Origin: Chrysomallon squamiferum
Taxonomy: Eukaryota; Animalia; Mollusca
Assembly: GCA_012295275.1 (NCBI GenBank)
Contig: CM022665.1
Location: forward strand, 42,966,001 to 43,030,000
DNA: 64,000 nucleotides
Direction: 5' to 3'
The position numbers and the translations under genes were made by a program. Under the pieces are notes generated by a model. The model searched no databases, had not been told where the DNA came from, and was given only the letters and a program-made list of their open reading frames with translations. This document shows, one piece after another, positions 24,571 through 57,900 of the stretch. The first letter of the stretch is position 1, and each line of letters begins with the position of its first letter.

Positions 24571-24943
24571 TACTTATTTATGCTTATTTATATATATATA
24601 TATTTACTGATTTATTTATTTATATATTATTCATTCTTTAATTATTATTATAATTTTATTTTTATTTTATTTTACTTTTATTTTATTTTATTTTATTAAA
24701 TCATTTATTTATTATTATTATTATATTTCATTTATTTTATTTTTTTATTTTTTTTTTTTTTACTCATTCATTCATTCTTTTAAAAGTACTAAACGGAACA
24801 CTCACATAAAATCTAAATGGATTTTTTCTTTAAAGTGCATTCAGGACACACAACGAGCCATTTAAAAATAAATCGGTGGTTTTACCTAGCCCACGTATTC
24901 CATTCTTGTTTTCTTTTCGTTTAATCGGCGTCGACTCTTCATA

Positions 24944-25104
24944 GTCACGTGCAACCTGTAATTTTCGTATCTTCCTGTTTCGGCCACACCTCTTTCCGTT
25001 TATTATTGTTTGCACTGTTTTTTTTGTTTTTTTACGTCATCTTCGTCAGCCAATCAAATTTAGTCGTTTCTGTAGTCTCGGTATTTCCAAACGTATATAA
25101 AAAG
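24944..25104 (+). promoter_or_regulatory. Putative core promoter of the PhyH-family gene
   Basis: E-box GTCACGTG 24944-24951, CRE-like TTACGTCA 25032-25039, CCAAT 25050-25054 and TATATAAAAAG 25094-25104, in canonical order, with the TATA about 135 bp before the ATG at 25230. Confidence 0.6.
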
Positions 25105-25229
25105 AGCAGAAATGAAACAGAATCGGACATCGGACAAGCGAAGAATTTTTAATCTGTAAACTCGGTAAAACTCGTAACTGCTCAACAGAGGTTCAGTACT
25201 GCTCAGCGAAGCTCAAAAAAGTATTCAAG

Positions 25230-26728
25230 ATGCCAGCAGTCGATAAAGATTTCGTGAAGTTCTTTGACGAGAACGGTTATCAAAGTGGAATCGATGTGTT
25301 GAATGCCGAAGAGACGCAAGATTTGAAAGATAAATTCAGAGCATTTGAAGAGAAAATAGGTAAATATTTATCATTTTATGTTATTTACAGATTGTTGTTT
25401 TTGTTGTTGCTGTTGTTCTTGTTATTAATATTATCATCATCATCATCATCATTATTTTTATTATTGTTGATGTCGCGGTCGTTGTTTTTGTTAAATGATT
25501 ACTACTACTACTACTACTACTGCTACTATGCTGCTGTTGCTGCCATATTATTATTAATATTATTATTATTATTATTATTATTAGTAGTAGTAGTAGTAGT
25601 AGTAATAGTAGTAGCAGTAGTAGTAGTATATTTTAATAATATCTTAATTTCTGTTGTATTAAAAAGTAAACATTTCTCATTTATAAATATCTAAAAGTTA
25701 GAATTTCTATTTGTCTAACGACTGTTATTAATAAATTATTGAACTTTACGATATTCAAACGTTCGGTTATTCTTCTAATTCGAAAAGTAAAAACATCTGC
25801 TGCCTCTTCAACATCAGATATATTTTCTATTAACAAAAATACTTCATCGGGTTTTTATTTTTTTTTTTTTTTTTATATATATATATTTTTTTTTTTTTTT
25901 GCACTCGTTAATTCATAAGCTGGGAAGCACATTCCAATGTTTTTCATTTGTCAGATATTTACGTTCCAAGTCTGTTTTCTCACTGGCTGTTTTTGTATAA
26001 TAATGTGCATATATGTATGTATGTTTGTTCATTATCCACTCATTCATTTATCGTTTCAATTCGTCTGAAGTTTTGACTGATACGGTACTCCGTAATCTGT
26101 TTCATGACAATACTTTTTTTTTATTATTATTATTAATATTTTTTATTATGTTTTTTTTCTTAGTATTATTATTTATATTATTTATGGTATGCATTACATA
26201 AAATGGTAATCAAATTAGTGTTTTATTAAATGTATTGAAATCGTACTACCGTTTCAAAATAATATTCGATCCAGTTTTTATCTGTTATTGTGTAATGTGT
26301 CTGTGTATGTGTATGTGTGTCTGTGCGTATGTATATATGTGTCTGTATGTTCGCATGTGTGTAAACATTCACACACAGACAGATACATGTACATATATAC
26401 ATACATAGATACATACATACACATATATATATATCATTATCATCATCATCATCATCATCATCATCATTATCATCATCATGAACGTATAATTTCTGTTCCA
26501 GGCAAGGAAAACACGCAGTATTCATTGCACAACATCCATGTCCAGCACCCCTGGGTGCTGAAGATAGCCACCCACCCGAAAATGCTGGAACCGCTGAAGG
26601 CGATTCTGGGTCCGAACCTGATTCTTCTGGATTCCCGATTCATCTGCAAGTACCCGAGCGAGGAGATACGTCGAGAGGATGGGGTGGAGCCATTTGTGGC
26701 CTGGCACCAGGACATCAGGTACATTTAT

Positions 26729-26803
<75 letters not shown>

Positions 26804-27365
26804 TGCACTATCTTATATACAAAATTAAAAAAATAACGTTTCTGTTGCAGATACTGGGGAGTTGACGGTGATGTCGTCAGTGTCTGGCTGGCTGTAGATG
26901 ACGCCGATCTTGAAAATGGCTGTATGTTTGTCATTCCGGGTAAGGTGATAATCCATTTGTCAGTTTGTCTGTCTGTCTGCCTGTCTATCTATCCTTCTCT
27001 CAGTCCGTCTAACTCTCCAGTGAATCTTTTTGTTTTTATTATATTTGTTTGTGTGTCTACATATATCGCTCTGCATTTTGATTAAAATTATTTGTATTTT
27101 TACTTTTTAAAACTTTAAAAAATTAAATAAAATAAACGTATAGCTATAGATATTGAAATCGTGGGTGTACGACAAATGGGTCTATAAAATTTGCAATGGA
27201 AATAAGTGCAACAGTACGCAGTTAGTCCAAAGGAATGAAATGAAATATTACATTTATCCCATGTGGTTATATTTATTTTATGTTAAGGCGTGCACAATAC
27301 AGATACTAGAAAATTTTAACAATTTTCACCGAGTGAAGTAATGATGATATTTGTTATTATTATTA

Positions 27366-27402
<37 letters not shown>

Positions 27403-27863
27403 TTTATTATTAATTAATTAATTTTTTTTTTTAAATTATTATTTGTTGTTGTTAAGCTTTTAAAAACGGTTACTTATTTTTATTTATTTTATTTTATTTG
27501 TTTATTTAAGCAACGCACAAAAGTGGAATTCTCACGCACAACCAGGCCAAATCTAAAGGAAACTTGCTTTCAACAAACCAAGAAATCCCCCCTGACCTCT
27601 ATGACAAGACCAAGGCCGTCCCCTGCCCCCTGAAAGCCGGCCAGATGTCGCTTCATCACGGCCACCTCGTGCACGGAAGTGAACCCAACAGGTCAAACCG
27701 ACGTAGGTGCGGTTACGTCATCCGTTTCATATCGACGTCGGCTTATCCAATCAAAGACGAAAATCGACCGAGGTCGTTTCCAACCACCGTTCTCGTCTGC
27801 GGCAAAGACGAGCACAAGAACTTCGAAGACCACGCCCCCGAGTGGTTTGATTGGCGGGAATGA
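25230..27863 (+). CDS. PhyH-family (phytanoyl-CoA dioxygenase-like) Fe(II)/2-oxoglutarate dioxygenase, about 262 aa
   Basis: Exons 25230-25359, 26502-26718, 26851-26939 and 27511-27863 join in frame (789 nt). Contains FFDENGY, AWHQDIRYWG (HxD), SVWLAVDDADLENGCMFVIP, and LKAGQMSLHHGHLVHGSEPNRSNRRR (distal His and 2OG-binding Arg). Confidence 0.92.
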
Positions 27864-28610
27864 ACGATTTCACATTACGTCAGATTTACGTCACATTTGG
27901 CGGCAAAAATGTTTCCGAACATAACTGTATAAGGCAAATTTCTTTTCTTTTCTTTTCTTTCTCTCCCCCCCCTCGCCTCATTCTTTACTTACCTCACTGA
28001 AACTGACTGATGTTTTGGCTGTACATAACTGTTTGAAAAAAAAAAAAAAAAAAAAAAAAAGTTTTATTTTTATTTTTATATATATCATTATATTTATTAA
28101 GAAGAAGAAAATATTAATATTATAGACTTCAAAAAATTCACACACACACATATAAAATGAAATAGGGCTGCAATGCATGATGAAGACTGCATTTCTTTTT
28201 ACTATGTAAACAGTAAAATGTATATGTTCAATACATGTATATATATCATGGTTGGGGTTTTGAATCTATGCAAATCCATGTTGCCATTATCAATTCTTTC
28301 CACGCAATTTTCATTTATCACTGCTCAGATATTTTTTTATATATTTTATATGCATGTATATATTAAATAAATCACCATTCAGTCATTTTGATTCACACGT
28401 TTTTGTACCTATCGTTCTTTTTTGTGTACTTATTTCATTTTTCTTTGGTTTCATTTACGTCTGTAGAGCATCATTTATTATTTCGTTATAAAAATAATTT
28501 TAAAGAACATCAGCGTTTTTCATGAATTGTATTCATTTGTATTTTCCTCGACTGTGACGTTCATTTCGAAAATAAATAAATATTATGTTTATTATATTGT
28601 TTTATTATAT

Positions 28611-28699
<89 letters not shown>

Positions 28700-28827
28700 A
28701 AGCTGTTATGACCACGCTATAATGCTGATATTATAAATTATGTTATTATAAGTCAAATGACAGACGTCAGCTAGGATAATAAGTCAGTTAATTTTAAATA
28801 TATTTAAACAGTTCTTTATCAAAGCCT

Positions 28828-28928
<101 letters not shown>

Positions 28929-29591
28929 CATCAGTTCATAAATAAATAAATAAATAAATAACAATAACACGTGTCGCCCAGTCTAAACGGCTGGTACTTG
29001 GTATCAGGTCTCTCTCTCTCTCTTACCCCGCTGATACGCATGAATGCTCAGGACAGATATAAAATCATATAACTGTACCCAACACTTTCCCACAACTTTA
29101 AACCCTACCGACAAACACGGCTATGAAATTTTGTCATATCCCATGTGAATCATCCAGACTACGGTATTCTAAACACTGTGAACCATCTTAATAGGGATTC
29201 CGCGTAACGTTTAGTCATTATTAATTAACAGCTGCTGGGCAAAAATCTCCGTTTACAAAACCTTGAGCAAAATGGAACCAATTATATAACACTTGTGGTA
29301 GTATAGCAGGGTACTAGTAGTGTTGGTTGTTGTTGTTGTTGCTGATGCTGCTGTTGTTGTAGCAGTAGTAGTAGTAGTAGCAGAAGAGGTTGTAGTAGCA
29401 ATCAGTAACTGTAGTAGTAAGAGAAATAGCAATAGTAGTAGTAGTAGTAGTTGCTGTTGTTGTTGCTGTTGTGTTTTTGTTGTTGTAATAAATGCCTACA
29501 AGATACAAAAACTGTAGAAAATAAAAGCAATGTAAAATGACCTAAAACATAGCAGAATAACAAAACTAAAAAAAAAAAAAAAAAAAAAAAA

Positions 29592-29653
<62 letters not shown>

Positions 29654-30091
29654 AAATATAAATAAAAAATAATAAAAATACATAAATAAATAGATAAATA
29701 AGTAATAATAATAATAATAAATAATAATAAAAATTCACTATCTTTTTTATTTAATACATTAAAAAAAATTCTATAATAATAATAATAATAATAAATAATA
29801 ATAAAAAAAAGAAGAAAAAAGATAGAGAGAGAGTAAGAAACAAGTTCAATGAACTAAAAACAGCATTAAGGACATTGTTTTCGAAACATTAAACTACCAC
29901 TGAATTTTAGAATCCTAAGTTACGTAATTTTTCTCATACATTATGCAAACGGTTTAGAAAAAATAAAATGAATAATTCACAAGCTGTCACAAATAATACT
30001 TTTATTGTAGTTTATGTCATTATTACGTGTTCAGATGTTTTTAATTTTTTTTTTTTTTTTTTTTTTACAATTTCATGTATCAATTTTTCTT

Positions 30092-47326
<17,235 letters not shown>

Positions 47327-48067
47327 GTTCCGTTTTCTGCGGAAAATGCCAAATGTTACAATATCTTCTTCAACTCCTCTTATAGATTTTGTGTACACCC
47401 ACTCATGAAACTAATTACACGGAAATAGGTAACAGTTAAAAACAAGTGAAACGTAATTCAATTTTGTGGATTATGTCCCTTAAGTTTGATCACGCCACTT
47501 CACCAAGTTGAATCTTCCGTAATTCGAATTTTGGGAAAGTATTGAAATAATGTTACGGTTGTTTGCTGTGTTTTGCGATAATCTGTGATTCCGTTATGAT
47601 TCACCAAATGCCAGTGAAATTACTTTCCGTTCTGGGCCGTACGAGATATCTGAAAGTGGTACTCGGCAGTAATAAATGTAATTCAGTGCCCTCAAGTTTT
47701 ATGGGAACTAAATAAATCATACACAAAACAAACAATATGGCACTGTTTTCATGTCTTGTTAAAACAGCTGTATTTATGTATGATATAGGAATAAAAAATA
47801 TTTGTTTCTCTCACTTTCTCTATTTCATTTATTTTTTTTTTTTTTTTTTTTTTTTAATGTAAATACATATCTGAATAGTGTGTGTGTGTGTGTGTGTGTG
47901 TGTGGCTAATTACAAATTTAAACGAGAAATTTTTAAATATACATTTTCACTGAGATCTGATTTAAAAAATTTAAAGAGAAATTGACCGATAGATGCAAGA
48001 ATGAATAAGGATTAGGGAAAGATGTTTGAAAATAATTTATATTCGCTTAAACAAGATCTTTTCTTTT

Positions 48068-48142
<75 letters not shown>

Positions 48143-49289
48143 GTATTTTCATTTTTAATTATTATTATTTGTTCATTTTTTAAATTATTTATTTTTTATT
48201 ATTATTATTAGTAGTAGTAGTGGTATTGTTGCTGTTGTTGTTGTTGTTTTTTGTTTTTGTTGTTTTGTTTTTTGTTAAAAGTGCCTGCTCAGGAATGCTA
48301 TTAGAAGTGGCATTAAAATGTAAATTATAGACAACTAACGCAATAAAAAATTATTCTCTTTTTAAGAAATGTTACTTTTTTCACTATTATAGATATCAGT
48401 ATTTCATCTAGTAATCCAAAGATTTTCAACATTTTTAAACTGACGATACTAAAATAGGTGAAAGTTACGAAGTCGCATCATAGGAAATACGGAAATAACC
48501 GAAAAACGGATATTTTTTAAACTGGCTAGTTTTGAATTTCGCGGGTTGACTGTAGTTCGAAGCGCGGCCATTTTGTTTTGGCGCCAGTTTCAGTGTGTCT
48601 GCTTTTGAGTGGAGGTGATCCTGTCACAGTCAGGTCATTATCTGTGTGAATTTATTACAAGTGCCATTTATAACCGTGTCTAAAAGGCCAGCAGAAAGAC
48701 AGCTTGCTAGTGGAAAAGCTAAAAAGAAAACATTTACAGCGAAGAAAATAGAGTTGTTTTAAGATATTCCATATGGTGCTTCAATGCGACTCTTGTGTGA
48801 GAGTTTGGTGTTGGTATCTTTGATATGAAGAAACAGAAAGAACAGAGAGTGAAATTCTACGGTCCTGTATTAATGGAGAAGCGAATGACTTTATGTTATT
48901 CGCAGAGTGTTAATGTGGACATTAAACAGTTATAAGTGCATTAATAAAGATCAAACGGACACTGATTTAGAAGAGTTTCAATTTGTATCTGTTTAATACA
49001 TTTCATTGTTGTTTTTTTTCATTGTTAATTATATATTTTTAAGTATATATTTAGCCTGAGTGCAGACAACCGGAAGGTCCATCAATCCGGCTCCATCTTG
49101 CCGGATAAATAGTCCGGTACCTGAAAATAAAGTTTTAGATTTACGAAAGTATGAAGAAGGGTGAAGCATTTTTTTTTATTTAAATTAAAATTATCAGTGT
49201 GAAATATTATTGTAACAGACAAAAATGTAAAATTGCAGAATTATTTCGTGTTGGGAATGAATAAAGATGATATGGCTTGTAAAATCTGC

Positions 49290-51240
<1,951 letters not shown>

Positions 51241-52349
51241 ACTGACAGAAAATGCCAATATCTCGTAAAAAAATAAATAAATAAATAAAACAACTAAAAA
51301 TCCTAAATAAAAGGGGAACTTCTCAAATTTGAGGGGGGTACGGACATCTTGTCCCCCCCCCCTCTACATCCGCATCAGCATCGCGTACGAGTTTGATCTT
51401 CAAAATTTAACTGTCAAACTGACATTTTACATTTTTAAACAGGTGTCGTGACGTCATCGTATATATATATAAAACTAAAATGTAAAATTATATGTAAGCA
51501 ATTCTTAAAAATAGATTTCGTTTTAAAACTGTGCTCTGAATATAGTCGGGTTACCTACTCTTGTTTCAAAATCCTAAACATTTTCAGTCCCAAGCTATCG
51601 GATAGGAGATTGAAATCCTCAACTTGTATAAATATATATAAAAGCAGGTCAAGACTGTTTTATCCATGTAGATCTACTGATTTAAAGTTTAGTCATTGTC
51701 ATAAGATTCGGTTTGCAGTAATGAGGGTAATCATAAATGTCCCGCAAATGTCCCGCATGCGCTAGATAAATATGGGTCCTTTTGTGTCGGAGGCCAAGCA
51801 TAATGCTAGGTCAGACTAATTTAAATAAACAAATAAATAAATAAATATATAAAATTATTTACTTTTTTCTCTCTCTCAAATCCCAGTTTCTTTAATAATA
51901 ATACACTTAGCAGAAAGTAGGTCCATAAGAAGCATGCAAATATTAAAACAACAACAAAAAAAGAAACAAAACAAAAAAATAAGAAAAATAACACAAAAAA
52001 AAACCCCAGCACAAAACAAACCACAAGTAAATATGAGTTAAAAGTTTGACTAATTTTGATAATCTAATAATTTAATCTTCGTAAACATTTATGACTAAGA
52101 TATTTAAATATAAAAATATATACTGTATATTCTTACGTACATATTTACGTGTGACTGTGTATGTATGTCTGTCTGTCTCTCTCTCTATGTTTGTACGTAT
52201 TTATCTGTGTTTGTGTGTGTACTACTAGTTACTGACATTATTATAGTATAAAGGTTATACAATCCAACATTTAGAATATCCGTTTACACTAATATAGAAG
52301 AGTTATTTCCCTTACAGCGGCAATATGTCTGCGCCCTGTAGCAAATAAT

Positions 52350-54189
52350 ATGAAAATCAGTCCATGTTTGATTTTGGGACTGTTTTATTTCGTTTGTAAC
52401 AAAGCTGACGAACATCATATTTCTTCTAAATTTATAGCAGAAGAATCAGAAAAATACAGGTATAACCGATCATATAACCTAATTCAGTAATTGGATATCT
52501 CGCAATTAAATTCTGCGACAAATCTAAGTCTAGGGCCGGTTACATGTTACTGTTTCAGTGTTTGTTATGGCAGTTACTGAGTTAGGCACACATTAATTAT
52601 AACGTATACATATATATATATCATTTTTATAATTATATACATAATCTGCATATTAAAAACAGCATTCTTCAGCATTAATTATGATACATATTTTCACAGC
52701 AGGAATGAAAAAAAGGTTATCTAAGGATAATCACATTAGTAATAACAATATTAACGTAATCAGAATACATCAAAGTATATCATTTTAGTTTCAATATGTT
52801 GGTCAATATTTTATGTGAATATGAAAAGTCATTGTCTTGAAATGTAACTCTCAAATATACAATAACTATATATTATTTGTCATTTTTTCCAAAGTTTACA
52901 TTTCTGACGTGTATGACTGCCAGTAACTCAACAGTATACACAATGCAAAAGATTACATATAGACTGCTCAATAAAACTATTATATATATATATATATATA
53001 ACAGTATTATTTTAATAGTTTCTTTTTTCCTCACATTGATAAAAAAAAAATTCTTGTTTGCATACAGTGATGATAAAATAATCTTGTATTGAATATACTG
53101 AATTAAAATGAGCACCTTATTAATATTCTATTATGTCATTAATATCACTGTTATTTTTAATTACCTATCTTTCTTTTGTAAATCTTTCTTTGTTTAGATG
53201 TGGTTATAACATAAGACCATTGTGGCATGCCGAGGTGGGCCACACACCATTCGCCGCTGCTCCATTAATTGCTGATGTGAACGGAGATGGCGAGCTCGAC
53301 ATAATTGCCTCCCCTTTTGGAGAGGTGCTCACCATCATCCAGGGCAAAAATGGGAGGACGATACCAAATTCAAGATGGCCAATTGTGAATCTCGACAGTA
53401 CTGTTCTCGCAAGTCCTTTACAGGTGCTGTTTTTATTTACCTGTTTGTGTATTTTTAAAATGATTGTCTTGAAAAGTGTTAAAAATTAGTTTGATACTTT
53501 TCATGTAATGTTGGTAATTAAATCACCTCTTTTTAAAGAAAAATTGAATTTCAAACCCCAGAATAATTATTATGAATAAATATATCTGGTAAAAAAATTA
53601 CTAATCTGGTAATTTTTATAAAAAGAAATTTAAAAATTAGGAAATATTTTTTTTTTTTTTTATTGAAAATTTTGAATCTACATGGAATCTCAAGTTTTGG
53701 TACATGTTTAGTAGAATGGCTATTTAGTATGTTACCTTACTGAATGAATTATAACTGGACATACTCACCGACAGACAGACAGATTTATTTATTTATTTAT
53801 TTACTGCAGTATGACATCAATGGTGATGGCATCCTTGATCTCCTTTTCACCATGACAACGGGCGAAATCAGATTTTATCACTCAGATGGCACACAACTGA
53901 CACGCTTTACATATCAGGTATATGACATTAATTGACACACTTTACTTACCAAGTAAGTGACATTAATTAACTGACATGTGCTTCTTGTAACATGTTTCAC
54001 AGAATTTCATTTAAGTACACCATTTGTAGAATATTTTTTATTTTACCTTAAAATATTCATATTACAGTTAAAAAGAAAAAGAATAATAAATTGTATATTT
54101 ATTTTTCATTATCCAATTACAGGGGAATGGAGAAAAATAAACAAGCATGAGTTAGAATGGAAAATAATCCTTTTATATAAAATTAATAA

Positions 54190-54225
<36 letters not shown>

Positions 54226-54934
54226 TTGTTTTTTTATAATATAGGTTTCAAAAGTCTTGAATTAATTAAGATAGCATTCATATAAGCTAATGTTAAAATA
54301 TAATCAAGTTCTTTTCAAATAACTGGTAGTTATAAGCAGACAGGTCGTTATAAATTATATTTATTTTTTTTTTTTTTATTTTTTTTTTTCAGCTTGATCC
54401 GGTTTATGTCCAGAAGGACTGGTTTAAAAAGACGATGTATGCTTCTACTGACACCATTAACAGCTACATCGGAGATCCACAAAAAGTATCAGAAGAGGTA
54501 TTACAGATTGTTTAAATCAGAAATTCACGCAGTTAGAAAATCTGGTTGGAATGTGTAATTTTTAATTTCTTTTAAGTTCAAGCTTTATTTATTTGTCTTA
54601 GTTCTGCTATTAATTAAATCTTTTTGACTCTTGGACTCCAGCCATTTTAAAACTGACTGAAAAGCTGGGATGTCAGACACTTAACACTGTATACAAATTA
54701 CAATGGTTGGTAGATGTGGTCTGATGGCACAGTAAGCTTATCTTCTAATAATAATGAATTTTGGAATTGTTCTGGACAAGATCAGTTGGGGATAAAACTG
54801 GAACACAGAATATATATATATTATATATATAATATCTTTCCACAGAAATTGGGACGTAGAGTTCATTTAGTTAAATATAGACATAGTGTTGTTGTTTCTC
54901 ATATTCTATCAAACATGATAATGTATTTTTTTAT

Positions 54935-54971
<37 letters not shown>

Positions 54972-57900
54972 ATTATTGTGTTGTGATTTTTTTTTTGTGG
55001 GTTTTTTTATTTTTAAATTATTATTAATATTATTATTATTATTATTTTCTGTTTCTTTAAACAGAGCCACATTGCTGTGGATCCCCACATTCTGGCAACA
55101 CCTGTAATAGCTGATCTCAACAATGATGATGTATTTGAGGAACTCGTCATACCTGTATCATACTTCTTTGATGACGAAGATTACAGGTGCACATAAATAT
55201 TTAACATTGTCTTTTCGGAATATCAATTATTGAATAAATTTTGATTTTTATTTTCAAGATTAATTCCTCAAGTTTTCCACATGACTTACTTTATATATAT
55301 TTAGTTTCCTGTTATGAATCCTTTCACTGCTTATAAATAATTGGATTGGAATGTTCCTGATATTTTACACAGATGCTTTCAACCTGTTTATCAAAAACAA
55401 GAATAGACTTTTTGAAATCTTAGTTTGGTCCAATTTGGTCCAATTAATTTTTTTATACTTTATTTTTTATTTAATGTTAAGTCAGAATAATTCATGATTT
55501 TCTTCAGTTTTGCATTGTAATGGTGACAGTAGTTGTGTCCAGAAGCATATAAACGTCATATAAATTTTTTCCAATTCTAGCCAATGCCCCAAAACCTATA
55601 AATAACATATCACATTCTTATATGACACTGATTTCTCCAATTCTGCATTATAATGGGGACAGTAGATGTATCCAGAGGCTAATAATCTTAATACTTTGCA
55701 TATTAACTTAATACAGTCTTTTGCTGATCTCATATTTATTTCCAATTCCAGTCGGTGCCCCACAACAGATATTTTTTACATATCAAAGCCTTTTATTACT
55801 CCTATACTTCCTAATAGTGTGAATTTGAATGTAAAAGATCACATGCTATTTATTAATAAGCAAGAGTAGTTTTTTCTCTTGTTTCGTGATCTTGCTAATA
55901 AATCTTAAATGACCATCAGTAAAAATCAGTATAATATTTAGTGTTGTTACACATTATTTCTTTTAGAAAACAAAACACAAAGACTGTGAGATATATTATT
56001 TTTCTTAAAACTGACAAATATCACATTTGTTAAAAACATTTATAGTTTTTTAATAAAATAAAATGTTATAGAAAAAAAATATTTTTTTTATTTTTCTAGA
56101 TCACCAGAGAAGGAAAAACACCTGCATGACATGAAGCAGCCTACTCTGAGTTACCTGGTTGCCGGGGTAACAGTATTAAACTTAACAGATATGCAGGTGA
56201 TATTCAAGGTGTATTTGGAGCTATCAGAAGTAAGTTTTCATATCAGTTACTTAAAATGTATAAAAATGTAAATTAGGACAGTAGTTTATTAAAAATATAT
56301 AAGAATTTTAAATAATTGAAAAATAACAATAAAAAAAGTTTAAATATATAAATAAATAGATAAAAGGTAAACTAATAAGCTTAATGTAATTCATTTGTTA
56401 TTTTTTCCAAAATGAGGTATAAGATTAAGAAGTTTTTAAAATAAAGAAAAGTATTTATTTTATCTATTATTTCTTTTTAATTATTATTATTATTATTATT
56501 ATTAATATTATTATTTATTTATTTATTTATTTAGTTATTATTAAAATAAAATTTGTGTACAGAACAAAAAAACTCCATTCTAAAAATATTAAACAATTAA
56601 ATATTAATTATAAATCAGTTAACAGTTTGACCATTTACACTCTGAATGCTTCATATTTATACACTAGGTTTCAGTAACTCTAAAAGAGTTTAAATAAAAT
56701 TAACATTTACTTTGATGTTTAATCCATTCGCTTGTTTTTCTGATTTCTTTATTAAAGCTGACAGCTCAGTTTCCAGCTTTTCCTCCTCTTCTCTCCAACT
56801 GTGATTGACCTTGACAGTAATGGTGGCAACCTTGAGATAATAATCGGGTCTTCCACTGGACACTTGCATGTCCTCACTCATGCTGGCCACATGCGTCCAG
56901 GATTTCCTAAATCACTTAATCCTCTTCAAGGACAGGTGAGATATTTTAAAAACAGATTTTTTTTTTTTTTTTCTTTTATGTTTATATTAGTTTTTATCTG
57001 AGTATTTATAAAACAAAAATGAATGTGCAAGATAAGGAAATAAAAGATCTTTTTAAGTATGAAAGATGAGATGTTGTATTACAAATCTGGATTCTTATAT
57101 TTGTTTGTAAGTATGTGTTGAAAAAACTGACTGGACAAGATAAGGAAGGAAAGCAAGTTGTGTTTATGTGTAAATATGTAATGATTCAGGTTATTAATCT
57201 GCTGCAGTTTGGAGGATAATAAGAAAAGAGATTAGGATATGAAGAGGAAAAAAAGTGATTCCTTATGTTTAAAAAATATTCCATAATGATATGCAAAAAA
57301 AAATCCCCAGAACAACAGACTAATAAATGGATCTGAGAAAAAGAAAGTAAAGATTTTTCATGTTGACACTCAGGAGGATCTTGATTTTTGTGCAGTCCTT
57401 AATAATGGAATTCTACTGTATTTTGAGGATACACAAACACTGAATTTTAGATAAATAAAATCAAAAGAGTGCAGTGGTCTTTCACATTTCCAAGCCAGAA
57501 TCTGTATGTTCTTCTACAGATCTTAATGATTTTGAATGGTGACAATCTTAATGTTAGAAGTCTGTTCATTTTTATTTATACTTGTTGTTAAAAGTTATTC
57601 TATTTCATTTTTATTTATGTCAGTGTCTTTGATAATATAATTATTATTTTGATGTTTCATTTGTATTTGGATGTAGCATTTTCTATCTGAAGTTAAAAAA
57701 GAAATTTAAAATTTTTTTAAAAAATTCTACATATTTATTAACATTTATAATACATAGTAAGTATTTGTGACAGATGTAAAATTACATTGCTGTATTTAGA
57801 TTAGTGTTGCCGATCTCAACAAAGATGGCCGACTTCAGATCATCACCTTGGATACAAGTGACAACGTTTCATGTCTGGATCACAATGGTTTACTGATCTG

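Noticed and set aside
26695-26718. Non-heme iron halogenase (SyrB2-type)
   Set aside because: The motif is H-Q-D with the carboxylate retained; halogenases have Ala or Gly at that position.
51330-51375. G-run/C-run hairpin as terminator or ncRNA
   Set aside because: Eukaryotic context; it more probably is a short transposon-end remnant and is too short to call.
51448-51765. 105-aa ORF upstream of the DEX1-like gene
   Set aside because: GTG start, no recognizable motif or splice context.
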